Part shown: positions 11,601-26,600 of the stretch, piece after piece
Layout of the letters: each line of letters starts with the position of its first letter
How positions within the stretch are numbered: position 1 is the stretch's first letter
Assembly: GCA_044892525.1 (NCBI GenBank)
Contig: CM097887.1
Coordinates: forward strand, 98,868,397 to 98,932,396
Source of the DNA: Schmidtea polychroa
Taxonomy: Eukaryota
Length of the DNA: 64,000 bases
Direction of reading: 5' to 3'
The notes under the pieces: generated by a model
Seen by the model: only the letters and a program-made list of their open reading frames with translations
Told to the model about the DNA's origin: nothing
The model's database searches: none
Program-made: the position numbers and the translations under genes

Positions 11601-14600
11601 ATTTAAGATTACCTTTGTGGCATCATTAATTTTGAAATGACTAAAGATTTTCCTAATTTTAATGGGCACTGGGCAAAGTCATTTGATGACCGTTATATAA
11701 TGAAGGCTTATAAGGAGTCAATTTAAAGTTTTTATATTGCAATCAGATTGAAATTTTAGATGAACATAGTGGGATGGAAAACTTTAATTATTTTTGAAAT
11801 GGCAATGTACTCCTAGATGTCCTTGTTTGTTTATCACCATTTCAAAGTCTTTATGATGTACATTACCTGAAATAGATAAATATGGTCAAGATTATTTTAC
11901 TATTAAGGCCATTAGGACCATTGTCTAGTGCTAAATATTGAATTGCTGCTTGAAATTTATAGTAAACATCTTAAAAGTGGAAGTAATCATATTTTTTCGT
12001 TTTTACTCTATATTAACTTCGCTGATGTATGTGTGTATGTGTCACGCAAAATTTGTGATTGAGCTGAAATTAGGCAAAAAGATTCGTTGTCGAGAACACT
12101 GCTTGCTATCAAAATTCCAGATCGATCCGATCACGGAAATATTGGTGTCAAATATAGTATTATTTCCTTATTTCAATATAAATTCTTATCTATTAATTAA
12201 CTTTGGATTAAAGAAACAACGTAATTATATCTAAAATATGTTGTTTTTTATGGTTGATTTTTTATTTTTATCATTTCGTCAAAATGTTTAACCGCAAGAT
12301 AGAAGTCATTTTTAGTTCATAATATTATCGTTTTGAACTAATCTTTTCATGTACTCATTCATATGAGAATAATATGACTCGCAACCAGAACTTGAAATCC
12401 TTTCAAAACCATTGCAAACGGTAATCATCAAATCAGATACTAAATTACATTTATCAGAACGAACATGGGATTTTCGCTTGGAAAAAACTTCTTCGATAGG
12501 ATTTAAGAACGGACTATAGGATGTTGGGAACAGAATTTTATGATCATGGGAATATATATTTTCACGCATTTTATTTACCTTGTGTATTTTATAGTTGTCC
12601 ATACTAAACCATAAGTCTCGCTTTTTATTCGTTGAAAAATGTTCCAACATATTTGTAATATAGTGATTGAATTGTGATCCATTATATGTACCTAATATTT
12701 CATGTTTCCAACTGGAATGACAGCGCAAACTAAATAAATTGCTTTTTATAGATCTAATCTCTTAAGTGCCGTTTTTTCTTAACCTTTTGCTGTTTTTTCT
12801 TAATAAATAAATTGAATTGTGTGATTATTTTTGATAAATTAACGCGCATATCATGTTGGACATTCAAACGTATCTAGTGTAGAAAAGCCCGCTTCACAGA
12901 AATAAAAAAATATGAAATTATACTTTCCATAACTCGTTTTACAAGCAAAAGATAGGATTTTCTCACAGGATACCTGAACTCTCCAAGTGTTTGTGAATCG
13001 AAATCTATTTATAACAAGGACTTTTTTGAAAGATCGAAAAAAAGTTATTTTGATATTCAAAATTGCTTCTGGTTTTATTTGCATGTTGTTGTGGTTGGTA
13101 AAAAAATTCAAATTAAGAACTTTTGAAAATTCCAAATTAAAAATTAGAATGTAGTCGATGGACTCTCTAAAAATCACCCATGGATCCCAGGTTAAGAAAC
13201 AATGCTTTAGTGCAGTGTTGACCAACCCAAATCAATCGAAGGGCCAAATTTTCGGAAAAATACTATCACGGGCCACAATAAATTCATTTAAATAAATATA
13301 ACTCGTTTTTACGATTCAAGTAAACTTAGAATCAATTTTTTAAATTAAAAACATGCTTATTTCGAATATGAATTCTAAAAAAGACAATTATTGATTTGAT
13401 GTTTAAAATTGTGTCCGGGCCACATCAAAACGCTTCGCGGGCCACCGGTTGGCCATGGCTGCTTTAGTGGGTGTTTTTTGATTCAATTCTACTTTCTGTT
13501 TCATATACAGGTAACCCTCCTACAACGCGGTAGATAGGTTCCTAAAAAATGCCACGTTGTAGAAAAATTTTCGCATTTTAGGAATCGCGTTGTAACGAAA
13601 CCGCGTCGTAGGAAGGTTACCTGTACTCTGATGACACTACCTATTGTGTGACACTTTATTTTCAAACTCTCAGCAATTTCGTTTATTGGTCCTTATAAAT
13701 CCTTTAAGTCCTTGATTATAATTAATTTTCTCTCTTTTTCGCCTAAACCTTTTGATGATGATTCTCTGTCTATCATTGTACCTTGAAATATTTAAAAATA
13801 TTTGTATTTAATTAAAACAAGCAAAATTTTATAATTTCCAGTACATTATAAGATCATTCCCAAACAATATTATTATGTTTATTAAAAAGAGAGTTTGAAG
13901 ACTATAAATCAGTAATATATCGATGTTTGTTGATACTCACGAACTTTTGGCACTGCCTTTTTCAAGTGAATTTTTGAAAAAAAAGGCAGTGCCGAAAATT
14001 CGTGAGTATCAACAAACATCGATATATTACTGATTTATAGTCTTCAAGCTCTCTTTTTAATAAATTCAATGGAGAAAATAATCAGTGGTGAAATTGATAG
14101 AAATAAAAGTTCTTATAATAATATTATTATGAATTAAAAATTACTTATTTTTTGTTGTTATTTTACACTATGTTTTATTACATATGATTTTGTTGTTAAA
14201 CGTTTTTGACCAAATTATTAAAAAGCCTGGAAAACCCTCTCTATATAAAATAACATAATATATGAAATGTTTAATTTTGAATTTTTTGTGTATATGCTTT
14301 GTGGAGTCCTCTATATGGGATGTCTTCAGTATAAAATAAACCTCTAAAAAGACAATGGATGTGTTGATCCCTACGATCAAAAAATGTTTAATTCTAAAAC
14401 TAGGAAATCTTATTGCTAAGAAATGGATTCTAATCATTGAAAGTGATTGCATTAGTTTAGATCATTAAATTTATTTTCTGTACATTAAAATATATATTTA
14501 TTTCTACAAAGAGGTTATTTATTTTGACTGAAATGATAAATAAATGCTGATGAGAACTACAAATCTGTTTATTAAAATTGCGTTTTTAGGTTAGAAAAAG

Positions 14601-17600
14601 GGAAATAATTAATCGGTTTATAGATTTCCAGGAAATTCTGCTGCATTCCAATTTCTAAAACTCCACAATAAAAAACTGATTAATAAATATTATAAAACAA
14701 ATGTTAAAAAATTTATTCTGTATTTTATTGTCCAACATTTGAACTGTCAATTGTCGACTAACGGCAGAACCAAGTTAACTGTAATAATTTTTTTCAGAAA
14801 TTTAACATATTTTTTAATAATAATTTATTATTATTTTTTAAGTATTTTTTATTTGAATTTGTTTTATTCTTTCATATTAAATATTTAAAAAAAATCCAGT
14901 GTTTGACTGTAACCTTTTCGAAGTAAAAAAAGGTAAAAATATATTTAGATAAATGATACTAATTATATGAAATTAAAATTAAAATTACAAAATTAAAAAA
15001 TACAACGTGTTATTTTCCTATGAAATATGCATATAAGACGGACAGTTTTCGAGGTTTTCGGAATCGTATGGTTCGTGTGCCAACTATGAAATAAGAACTA
15101 CTACTGTCAGATTCGTACATGATAAATAAAATTACAGACAAGTTTACACTTGCCTATAAGCTAAGGTGACCAGATTTTTAGATGGGCAAAGCGGGACACC
15201 TTTGAGGGGGGGGGGTATCAACAAAATTTTTCATATAGAATAAAAATAATATGGTATAAGAAATTGTATAAGAAATATAAGAAATTGTATAATATTTTAT
15301 TCCTTGACATATTTTTTATTCATTTTGACGCGGGGTAAATCGTCAAAAATTGGGACTTTCCCGCCAAAATCGAAACGTCTGTTCACCTTACTATAAACAC
15401 AAATAAACATATGCAACATATAAAACGGAAGCGTCCGGTATTCGTCGCTTAAATATAATGAAATCAGATAAATACGGTCTTCGACTATTTGTCACAATTT
15501 TTTTCACTGGAATACATGATCTTCGGCGCGAAAAGGTTAGGGAAAAATAAAAAGTCAGCAAATTTAGTTAACAAATGAAATGATTGAATATATATAATCA
15601 AGCTTTTTAATAAATACAATCTCAATTAAAAAGAATTCAGTGGTGAAATTAAAAAAAAAGTTCTTATAATCTATTATTTCAAAAATAAACGTCCACATTT
15701 TTTATAATTTAATTGTAAATGTGACTGTGTAAAAGTTTGAAAGTGTTCAGATTTTAAATAATATAAACTACGTAATTATTTTTCGATTGAAACATTTAAA
15801 TTTATAATTAAAGATAAAAATTCAATGAAAAAACTTACTGAGTGCGTAAAGTAAATGCGGCACTGGTAATGGAAGATGGTAAGTTTAATCCTTTTGTTAT
15901 TTCTCTCCAAAGTTTTTTATTTATCACTTCTACTAAACCTCCGCGAGACACCACCAGTTTATACAATGTGTAAAGGTCTAGCACTTGCTTTGCCATTATT
16001 GGAATTCGATTAACCGGACTTCCTAATTGGTGAAATTTTTATCAATAATGTTTTTTATCGATAAAAATACTAAGAAAATGTAATTAAATCGAATTAAATG
16101 TAACAAATGTTAATCTCAGAGAAAATAGAAATCTGATAAAGCGATAATCAGATTTCAACCAAGATGAACGACAATGCACATGTTCACTAAAGCTGTGAAA
16201 CAACATGGGCAACAATGTCTTCTTCATCCTACCTGTCAGTAACCAATTAATAAATATTTCAGTAGTGACTCTAGAGAATACTGATATATACTTAATAATT
16301 TTTCGTTAATCAAATTTGCCGAGCACTTTGTACTTCACCCCATCTTCTTAGATTGGCACTCTTGCTACATTGATATCTGTTTTTTAATCTGTTACACTTA
16401 AATTTAATAAAAATAAATGATATCTTTATGATTTAATTTTGTTTAAACAAGTTTGTTCTCTATCTGACAAGTTTCTTTTAATAATTAAAATAATATTTAA
16501 AAATTCAAATATTTTATTATATATTATTTTATGTTTTTATATACTATTATATCTATTTTTATATAGTAATATATATTATTATACATTTTTAAATATTATT
16601 ATATATTATTAAAATAAATAATGTCTATATTTAAAATTAATTGTAAAAATTAGTCATGTATTTATAATGTAAAAAGTAATTTTAAAGGAATTATGTATTA
16701 AAATTTAATTTGTTTTAAAATTAAAGATTCAATTGGTCTTAAAGATTAAAATTTATGGTTAGAGGATAGACGATTAGACGTTTTAAATTAAATAAATTTT
16801 ATCATTAATTTAAATATTTTAGAGTAAGATTGTAACGTAAATGTTATCTGATTTGAGTTTTTTTTGAGCATTTTGATACAATGACGCACTTAGCTTGTTG
16901 TTTTGGGAGGGAAGTTGAATAGATAAAATTGCTGTAATGCAAATTCAATAAAAATTATTTGATAAAAATGTTTCATAGAACTAAATATTGGAGAATTTTT
17001 TGCATTTATTGAAGTTTTTTATCACTACAAACGATTTTTTGAAAATATTCTAGTGTTTCCCTCGGGGTGTGGCTTTGATTTGATTTTTTAGATTTTATAG
17101 TTTACAGGAGAAAAACAGGGAATACTATCGAAATTTTCTCATATTTCTTCACATTTAATTCTTTTATTTAGAAAAAATTGATTTTATTAAATTGATTCAA
17201 CTCGTTCATCTATTAAAAAACAATTTCATTTCTTTTGTGTAAAATTTGATTTTATATTTACTTTAAATATAGAAAATAAAATGAAAATAAAAACTGATCG
17301 AAGATGAACAAAAATAAATTATCCTGCTTATTTATTTTGCGATGACGGCAAAAATTTCAATCCAACAACATTTTACTATACAATTATAATATTCACAACT
17401 TTTATCATGGGCTTTGGTAGGGAGGTGCAAAGTGGTGCAATTGCACCACTTTCATTTTCTAAATAATACAATAAAAAAAATTTTGAAATTTTAATTGACA
17501 CATTAAAACAAACTTTCGTTCTAAAAAATTCATTTATATAATATGAATATCAAAGAAATAAGTCTAAAACAAAATAATAAAATAACGCTTGCAAAACAGA

Positions 17601-20600
17601 ATAAAATTTTTAAATTAAACCTGTCATTCATATTTGTCATTTTCTAAAAATAAAAATTGTAATCTTCTTGGTTTCTCTGCAAACTTTGATATGGAAGCGT
17701 TCACAAATTCTTCGTTGTCATCAATTCTCTTTCTTTGTAAGCTCATTATGCATAAACCTGATAATTGTTCTTTTGACATGGTTGACCTTGTCCATATCTT
17801 TCACCGTACATGTTGTGATGTGAGGAGTGAGGCCAATTTTAATAGCATAATTTTTGCGTGCGTTCGTTTGTTTTTAAATAATGTTAGCATGTGTAATAAA
17901 CATCTTTCCAATATGAAAAATTTAGAAGTCTTAGTGTTGAATTTGAATTTTATACGGTAAAATACAGTACAATAGAGCTCAAATTTTCTCGAAAATATAT
18001 TGAGGGGTCTAAAAAGATTTGGCATTTGTTTTATTCTGCACCACCTTTGAAAAAATCCTGCCGGTGCCTTTGACTTTAATTAATTTCATAAACATATTGA
18101 AATAAAATTTATATATTTACAAACAAAAGCATAGTTTTGCTTTTGTTGTAATGAGCGTGAACCTCACTCCTGATTAAACTACCTAGACTACCTGGTGCTG
18201 CCCAGGGCTATTTGAAAGAATAAAAAAAATATTACAAACAGCCACGTGCAGTGATGTTAAACTAACAAAAAAAAAGATAATTACTTGAAAATTTCTTTAT
18301 TTTCTTCATTTCTGTACAAAAATTACAAAATCACAACCCCGCCTTACCTCACCCTATTCAGCCATACTATACCCATCCAGATAAACGGTACCGACAAAAA
18401 AGAAATAATAAGAAGAGTCAATAAAGAGAAAATGAAAAAAATAACGTTCTAAAATCATTTTAAAAGCGAATTTTCTTGTTATTTTTTGGGATACAAATTT
18501 TGACATTTTTTTCTCATTAGTATAGTAAACAGAACAAATTAGAAGTTCATTTGGTCTTCTACGTTTTTAACTTGAAAAATTGAATACATTTGTCCACCTT
18601 TTATCCATAATTTGAAGTTTATATATCCGGGAATACAAACACGCATACTTTCATTTTTATATATTAGATTAATCAATCATTCAAGATTTCTGAAGCAGTT
18701 TTAAAGTTCCACACAGATATCACAAGCTAGCGCGCACACCAAAAATCATCAAATCAAACAAAACTTTTACTATTTGAATTTAATTTGAATGTTTTAAAAT
18801 AAAGACAGAAACAATAAATGTTAAGTCATCAATTATGTAACTTTGTAAAAATGATGTTTCACTTACATATTTGGTGATTTGGCCTGCTCAGCCTTTTGAT
18901 TTTTTGCTCAAAAACCCTCTCGCCTTAGAAGGAACGTTACTCGTAAGAGATTAGATTTAGGATATATTGTACAAGAACAACGGCTAAATTTTCTAGAGTA
19001 ATTCCTCGTTTATGATTTTTTAGTAGAAATAAAGGATAACGTATGCAGTATCTTTAATTTACTTATATTGCCAGTAGTATCAATTTAGTAGCACTTTTAG
19101 TTGAATTATAAAAGAACATATATATTCTATAACTAATATAACTCATATATTCTATAACTAAATTATCTGTAAAAGATCTGAATTAGTACAGACGTTGTTT
19201 TAATGTTAAAGAAAAGAAAGATAAGAAGATGAAGTTTGTCACTGGTTTATGGGAGATTGTAACATGTCATATGTGTTATTATTATTTTTATATAACATAA
19301 TTTTTTTACAACCAAAAATCTTTGCAGTTTTTATAATAATTATTTTTTATGGTCGGTGTAAAAAAAACTAACCAATTAAATTCTAATAAATTCACCAAAT
19401 AATATTCCTACTCAAAATTCAGTAAATAATTTGATTCCATAAATTGGGTTTTGTTTTAATAAGACAATTTATTTATATTTCAAAGAAAATCTTGAACGTC
19501 AGATTAATTAATTGCACCAGAATTGCAACCAAACAAACTGATGAGCAATTGCATTTATATTTTTGAATATTCCAGCTTCATTATTAGACATAAAACGTAG
19601 ATTTGTCGACAACAGCAAACATTTGTTATTTGTGATTGTTTACACAGTATTCGATCAACCAGACATCAGTGCACAGCCCCAAAGGATAGCTCCTCAACAC
19701 CAACATATTTAATGCATATTATCAACAATTCAACTATTTCAGCCACTTTGATGATTTTACTTTGAAATTGACACTCGAATTTATCGGCATATGATAATTG
19801 TGATTCAAATGAGTAACGAACAGCATGAGATGGAAATGAATAGGTTCATCAGACATTATAAACAATTATTTCGATTAATATAAACAAAACTATTGATGAA
19901 GTTTACGAATAAATATCTTAGAAATCTGAGATTTTTCGGATAATCGATTGATAAAATTAGGATTTTAACCCACATTGATAAATGATTGCATGTCAATTAA
20001 GAAATTTTCAATTAATTTATTTACTGGTTTTTAATAAAATGTAAATAAATAATAATAAATAATGTGTAATTAAACAAATATTTCAATTAATTAAATTAGA
20101 TTAAAAAAAAAGTCTCAGTGCAATAATGGAGAATTATTTTGAAATTTCTTTTTGAAGTCGTAAAGTAANNNNNNNNNNNNNNNNNNNNNNNNNNNNNNNN
20201 NNNNNNNNNNNNNNNNNNNNNNNNNNNNNNNNNNNNNNNNNNNNNNNNNNNNNNNNNNNNNNNNNNNNNNNNNNNNNNNNNNNNNNNNNNNNNNNNNNNN
20301 NNNNNNNNNNNNNNNNNNNNNNNNNNNNNNNNNNNTGGAAAAGAAATCAGTGGTCAAATTTGTAAAAAGTTATTCTAATATTAAATTTTAAATAATTTTA
20401 AAATAATGTTTTGAAAATTAGTTTTGATTATTCTTTGAAAATAATTATTTAAAATTAATATTTATAATTTAAAACTTATAAATTTAATAATTTGTTTATA
20501 AATTATCAATATTGTATAGTTATTCATCCCTCTTGTAAGTAAGTAATCTGATGATGATAGTGATGCTATCGAAATATATTGTGGAAAATATGTATCAATG

Positions 20601-23600
20601 GCGAATTTTAAAATAATTAATATGGATAATAGAGTTTTATAAATAATATAAATAAATATCGCAATTTAAATGATTATAAATAGCATACATAGTTGTTATT
20701 GTAAATAAGACTATTTGTTTAAATATAGTTAATAAAACAGATTTAATTAAATTAATAATTTTAATAAGAGTTGACTTCTTTTTTTTCAATATTACTATTG
20801 GTTTTCTTCGGCTGTTCATCGTCTTTTTAATTATAATTCAGTAAATGTCCATCGTTTAATGGCTGACAGAAAAATGCTTTATAATATATCACAATATATC
20901 CTTCACAATGATTACAACCAATCAAGAGGAAATGCCCATTGATTCATAAATATAAAATAAATTATTAATATTATTAACATTTTGTATTCGTCACTGAAAT
21001 GAACCAATTTTATTCTCTGATAATAATTGTCATTAGTGTTTTGTGTCAATAAGAAACTATTTTTAGGAAAATTATTTAAAAGATTTTAAAAATTTAAAAA
21101 TATTTAATGTACATAATTATAACAAAAGTTTCCATATTAACAAACAAGAAAACAGAATTAAAACTCTATAATATGAATTATATAAAAATTTTCAAAACTA
21201 TTTTCTTCGAAACCATTTTATCAAGAAAAGTAAATAAAACACGGAAAAGACATATAACAAGTATACAATTATGCATATTGTTCTCCTCAGATTCGAGATA
21301 TTTGGTTAGTTTATTAACAATGCTTCATATAAATCAAAGGCATATTTAGAATTAAAATTTGATTGAAAGAATATTTAGATTTGTTTTCTTCTTAGATACT
21401 GTCTATAATAATGAGAAAATATTCTTTATATTAATATTTTGAAATGGGAACAAAACTAAACTTTTGTTGGATTTTCAATAAAGAAATAAAATTAATATCA
21501 AATTCAAAATAGTTTTATACAAATAATTGTTTTTTTCAATGATGATAAATTAAATCATGTTTTTATTTGGTTAAAATTTAAAAATATAATTCACCAAAGA
21601 AGAAATATGCATTTATTTAACACTCAGGTTCACAAAAGAAATTATTTAAAGTGAGGGTTACTANNNNNNNNNNNNNNNNNNNNNNNNNNNNNNNNNNNNN
21701 NNNNNNNNNNNNNNNNNNNNNNNNNNNNNNNNNNNNNNNNNNNNNNNNNNNNNNNNNNNNNNNNNNNNNNNNNNNNNNNNNNNNNNNNNNNNNNNNNNNN
21801 NNNNNNNNNNNNNNNNNNNNNNNNNNNNNNNNNNNNNNNNNNNNNNNNNNNNNNNNNNNNNNNNNNNNNNNNNNNNNNNNNNNNNNNNNNNNNNNNNNNN
21901 NNNNNNNNNNNNNNNNNNNNNNNNNNNNNATTTAAATTAAAAAGTAAAGTACACATAATAAATTCTCTACCGAAAATTCGAGTTAAATAAATAAAAATAT
22001 TAATCTCATTTGAAAATATCGGAAGTCAAGGGAACTTAAAAATCATTTTAATTGTAAAATAATTCCTTAAAATCCTAAATTCAGATTCTTGACTCAGGCC
22101 GTTTAAATAATAATTAACATAAACAAAGTTTTACAAAATAATTGAACAGCTGACTTAATTTACTAAATTTATTCATTTCAATTCCGTAGTACAATTGTGT
22201 GTTTTTAACGAAATAAAAATCTTGATTTTTTTACAATAATTAAAATTTCATTGACAAAGTTTTAGGATCAGGCTTATTAACAAAGTGGATCAAACGCCCA
22301 AATAATAATCAAGCTAGTTCTCGGTAAGAGATCTATTGACAGTAATTTTTTACTAGAACCTGTGATGATACAATTATTTGTTAAAGTGAGTAAAAAGTAA
22401 TGCGAAAAGGTTGTTGGAACTGGATGTTCTCAAATGATTGTCTTAAAAAGTATTGTCGAGATTCAGCATTGTAGTGTAAGGTTGGAAAGTGCACTGTGCA
22501 AGAACTAATTTGTATGTTAATTATTAATTGTAGAAAATCTCTTTTTTAGAGTAAATGTGGTTATTCAATTGGATGCAATAAGTTTGGTTGGAGGTGAAGT
22601 GATTGCTAGATATTGGATTTAGTATGAAATAGGTTTACTTGATTATCCGCCTATGTTTGACAGAAAGTGATGGAAAATAAACTATTGCGTAGCTGATTAA
22701 AAAATGAAGCCTGACTACGTAGAGAATGCGAAATAAAATTAAACAGGTGGGTATCGGAAGATGAAATAGGAAGGTTTCTGAAATATTAATCCTTTACTTG
22801 CTGTAACAGCCTAAAAATGGAGTCTATACCTATTTTAAGATACAATTCATGCGAGGAGCAGTGGAGTTATCAAACAATCAATTGTTCTGTCGAGTGTATT
22901 AGAAAATACTGAAATCCCAAACTTGAAACACTCTCTTGGGAAACCAACTAATTTTTGCAAGACTGCCGAAATCATCAAATTTTTAGAAGAAAAAGAAGAT
23001 TTTATTTATTCCATTTTCGATTTTATAATGTACGACATTCAGAAATTTCGGAAGAGGAAAAACCAATCTGAAAATATCAAGAAGATTTGCCCATCGTCAA
23101 TTGAAGTTTAATTTAAAATTTCTACTATTTCATAATGAAAGTTCGCATTTTCCCAAGTTTTCGCGATTTAATTTCTTTAATTATCAATTAAATATATATC
23201 TTTCTTTCCAAAAGTCAGTTCACATTTATTGGTCTCACTAATTAGTCTACAGTAATAAACATTAACATCTAACCGATATCCCTCTCCGTATCTGATAATA
23301 AAATAAATAACAAAAAGAAAGAGAGTAATGGAAATTCATAGCAATTCTCTAATTACATCTATTTTCAAGGATAGCAGCATCAATTTCGGTTTTGAAATTA
23401 AAATAAATCGTAAATCTACTAAAATTTCATCAACGTCATAAATTATTACACAGAATCACTAAGTGTTTGCATAGGACATTTACGCAGTTGCAGCACACTG
23501 TGCCCCTAATGATCAACCATGTAAGTTTATATGGGATTCAATGAATAATTACTGTCTCCTCAGAAACTAGGAGATTATAGTTTTTCGTGACACCAAGTAT

Positions 23601-26600
23601 GTCCAAATATCCACCCGATCATTAGGGCCATTATCTTATTTTATCGCAACCGGGGAGTGCACGGAGTTTTACGTTCGTTAGTGATCGGTGCTGAACATTC
23701 CATTATTTAATAACTGCTGACATTAAATCTAATGGGCAGAGATTACATGCATCATGATTACACCTATATGTCAAATGAATTCCCTAAAATATTTATGCCC
23801 AATCTATGTTTTCATAAACAAACTAGAGTTGTCAACTAATTACGTTTTTGTATTAAAATCTAAAATGCTGTTTTTCAAATGTAGTGAAATAGGGAAAGAG
23901 ATATCTAATAGGATATACATATCATTAGTGTTTACTAATAAATATAAGGAATAAAGTCAAGTCGTCGTAGGATTATGTTGTTTAATTAATTAAGGACGAT
24001 GATCGGGACAGAGGATATTTATTGAAAATATCATTTATATATCCTAGTTCAATCATTAATTACACGACTTCGGTCAAGTTGCAATTAAAATCCAAGAAAA
24101 AACACATGTTTCAGACAGATCTTTCTTTTCGTTTGTTAAAACATTATCCGCTATTTAATCTGTCATAAATAATCATGAATTTTTCTATTAATACTAGAAA
24201 GTAAAAAAAATTTTTTTTTGATTATTACCAAAACCAAAAATCAGTTAAAGAACAATTTAAGAGATAGAGAAAAAAATCGTTGAAAATATAAAAAGAAAAT
24301 ATTGTTTTGTTTTAATTAGTATAAACAATTTGAAAAGGCAAAGTTAAAAATTTGTGTTAAATAATAAAACAAAATATTTCGACTAAAAATTAAATGAAGA
24401 TGAAAGAAACTGGAAAACGTTAAATAACGAAAAAAACTAGGAGATTTTACTGATATTTTGTTATAATTTATTTCGTTTATAATTAAGAGAATTAATTATT
24501 TATCAATAATAGGAATTTTTATTTGTTGTTATTTCATTTCAATAAATTTATTTTCTATGTGATGCATATAATGATAAAATAATTCCATCTCAAAATTTGC
24601 CCGCCTGCCCCATGCCACTGCCGGGTCGCTCCACAAAAGACATTGGGATGTTTAATTTAATTATTTTGTCACATTCTTTAAAATTCAATTATTAAATTTA
24701 CAACAGAAATCTTATTGTAAGGTTTTTATTATTTTACTATTGGAAAAATATTTCCTTCACGAGTTGAAGTTGATTATATTTGCAATTAATATAAAAAAAG
24801 TTTAATTACCTTTTTTCTGCATGAAACTGAATAAATCGTCGAGAAACTCTTTACGTTTGCAATCATCAGATAATTCGTACAGCTGGGGAAAATATTAGAA
24901 TTATGATTAATTTAAAAATAATTAAATATGAAATAAAAAAAGTTTAAAATTTTAAAAATTTACTTTATATCAAATTATTTAAATTAATGCTAATAAAATT
25001 TGCATACTTTCCATATTATTTTATAATAACTTATATTTAAAAGTATGACTTTTTAATTAATTTGGTATACAAGATTTGTCATAGGGTCGGATTTTGGCGT
25101 ATAGGATATGAATTATTGTCATAATCATATTATTGTTTTAATCATATAAATTAAAAGTCGTATTCTTCAGTTATGTATTATTTTAAAAAAAGACATACAG
25201 ATACCATCAAAAATTTATATATGATTATAAATATTGCGGGCCTAAGCGAATTATGTGTCTTGGATGAGGTCTTCTTGTTGCCCTCCTTATGAAAGATCAT
25301 TACATCAAGTCAATCATAAAAACATTTTATAACTTTTGTTTTAGAGTGGCGAGATATATTTTTCAGAAATATCACTCCTAACGAAAAGAGATTTTCATAT
25401 ATTATTTTCCTGGGCAGTCCCCTAATCTCGTCAACCCACTAAAGGCGGTACTAATTATAGATTAGATGTTCCAAACGGGGCGACTATAGTTAATCGCGCA
25501 GATTATTTATATTTTATTTTGTTATTATTTTTGAGGTATAACGCAATTTAAATTCCTTTTATAACTTTTATTCAGACCAAAAATCAAATTGCATGTGAAA
25601 TAGATTGATCTATAGGTTAAAATGTAATTAAAAAATTAAAAATAAAAATTTATCAATCGTGAAACAGTTAAATTATATTTAAGTATATCATAATAGCCTA
25701 TTTTTTCCACGATACTTTTTTGTTTCTACAATTTCATCTAAACTAACAATATCTGATGCATCATCCAGGGCAGAGGTGGGGAACCTTTTTATTTCCATAG
25801 GCCACATTGAAATTTTTCGCCTTCAAATGAGGCCGCAGTCAAAAAGTATTTCGTTTATATTTCGTTCTTTGTACTCGACGGGATGCTTGTACAGTACGGT
25901 ATATATACAATTCAGTAGTTACAAGTTTTTGTATTTGTAAATCCTCAAAATTCATGGTTTTTTATATAAATTAAGATTTATTTTGATAAGGCTCCGGAGG
26001 CCGCAGGTTCCCCACCCATGATCCAGAGCATCATTAATTAAATTAGACCGATTTAAATTAATTCTGATGATTATTAATTAAATTATACTAACGAAAATTA
26101 AATATGATATCGATAAATTAAATTACGTTAAAAAAATTAAATTAAATAGCCAAATGATTATTTTTAGAAATTAAAAAAATAGTACCCATTAATTTTTAAA
26201 TTATTAATTAAAATTAATAAATTATGATACTTAAATATATTTAATTTCGTATAAAATTTAGGATAAAATGAATTAGAAAATTTTAGATTATTTTTTTTAA
26301 TGGAATTAAGATAGAATTTTAAATTGTTTGGGAATACGAAATAAAATATTGGTAAAAGAAGAGAAGTTATCAAGAAACAAGAAAATTGAATTGTCAAGCA
26401 CTTCTCAAATAACTTTTTGATTTTTAATTTCACACAAAATTCAAAACAATTCCCTTTGAAATTGTATTTATATTATGTTTCTAATGGTATTTATAATAGT
26501 AGTGGAACATCAAAAGGTGTATAAAAGTGAAGTCAGAATAAATTTAAATTATATTATTTTTTTCTGTGATTATAATTGACAAATAGTTGGATATTCGAAT

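Noticed and set aside
22300-22900. Strand-skewed segment suggestive of a decayed LINE
   Set aside because: No RT or endonuclease motif could be recovered by hand translation.
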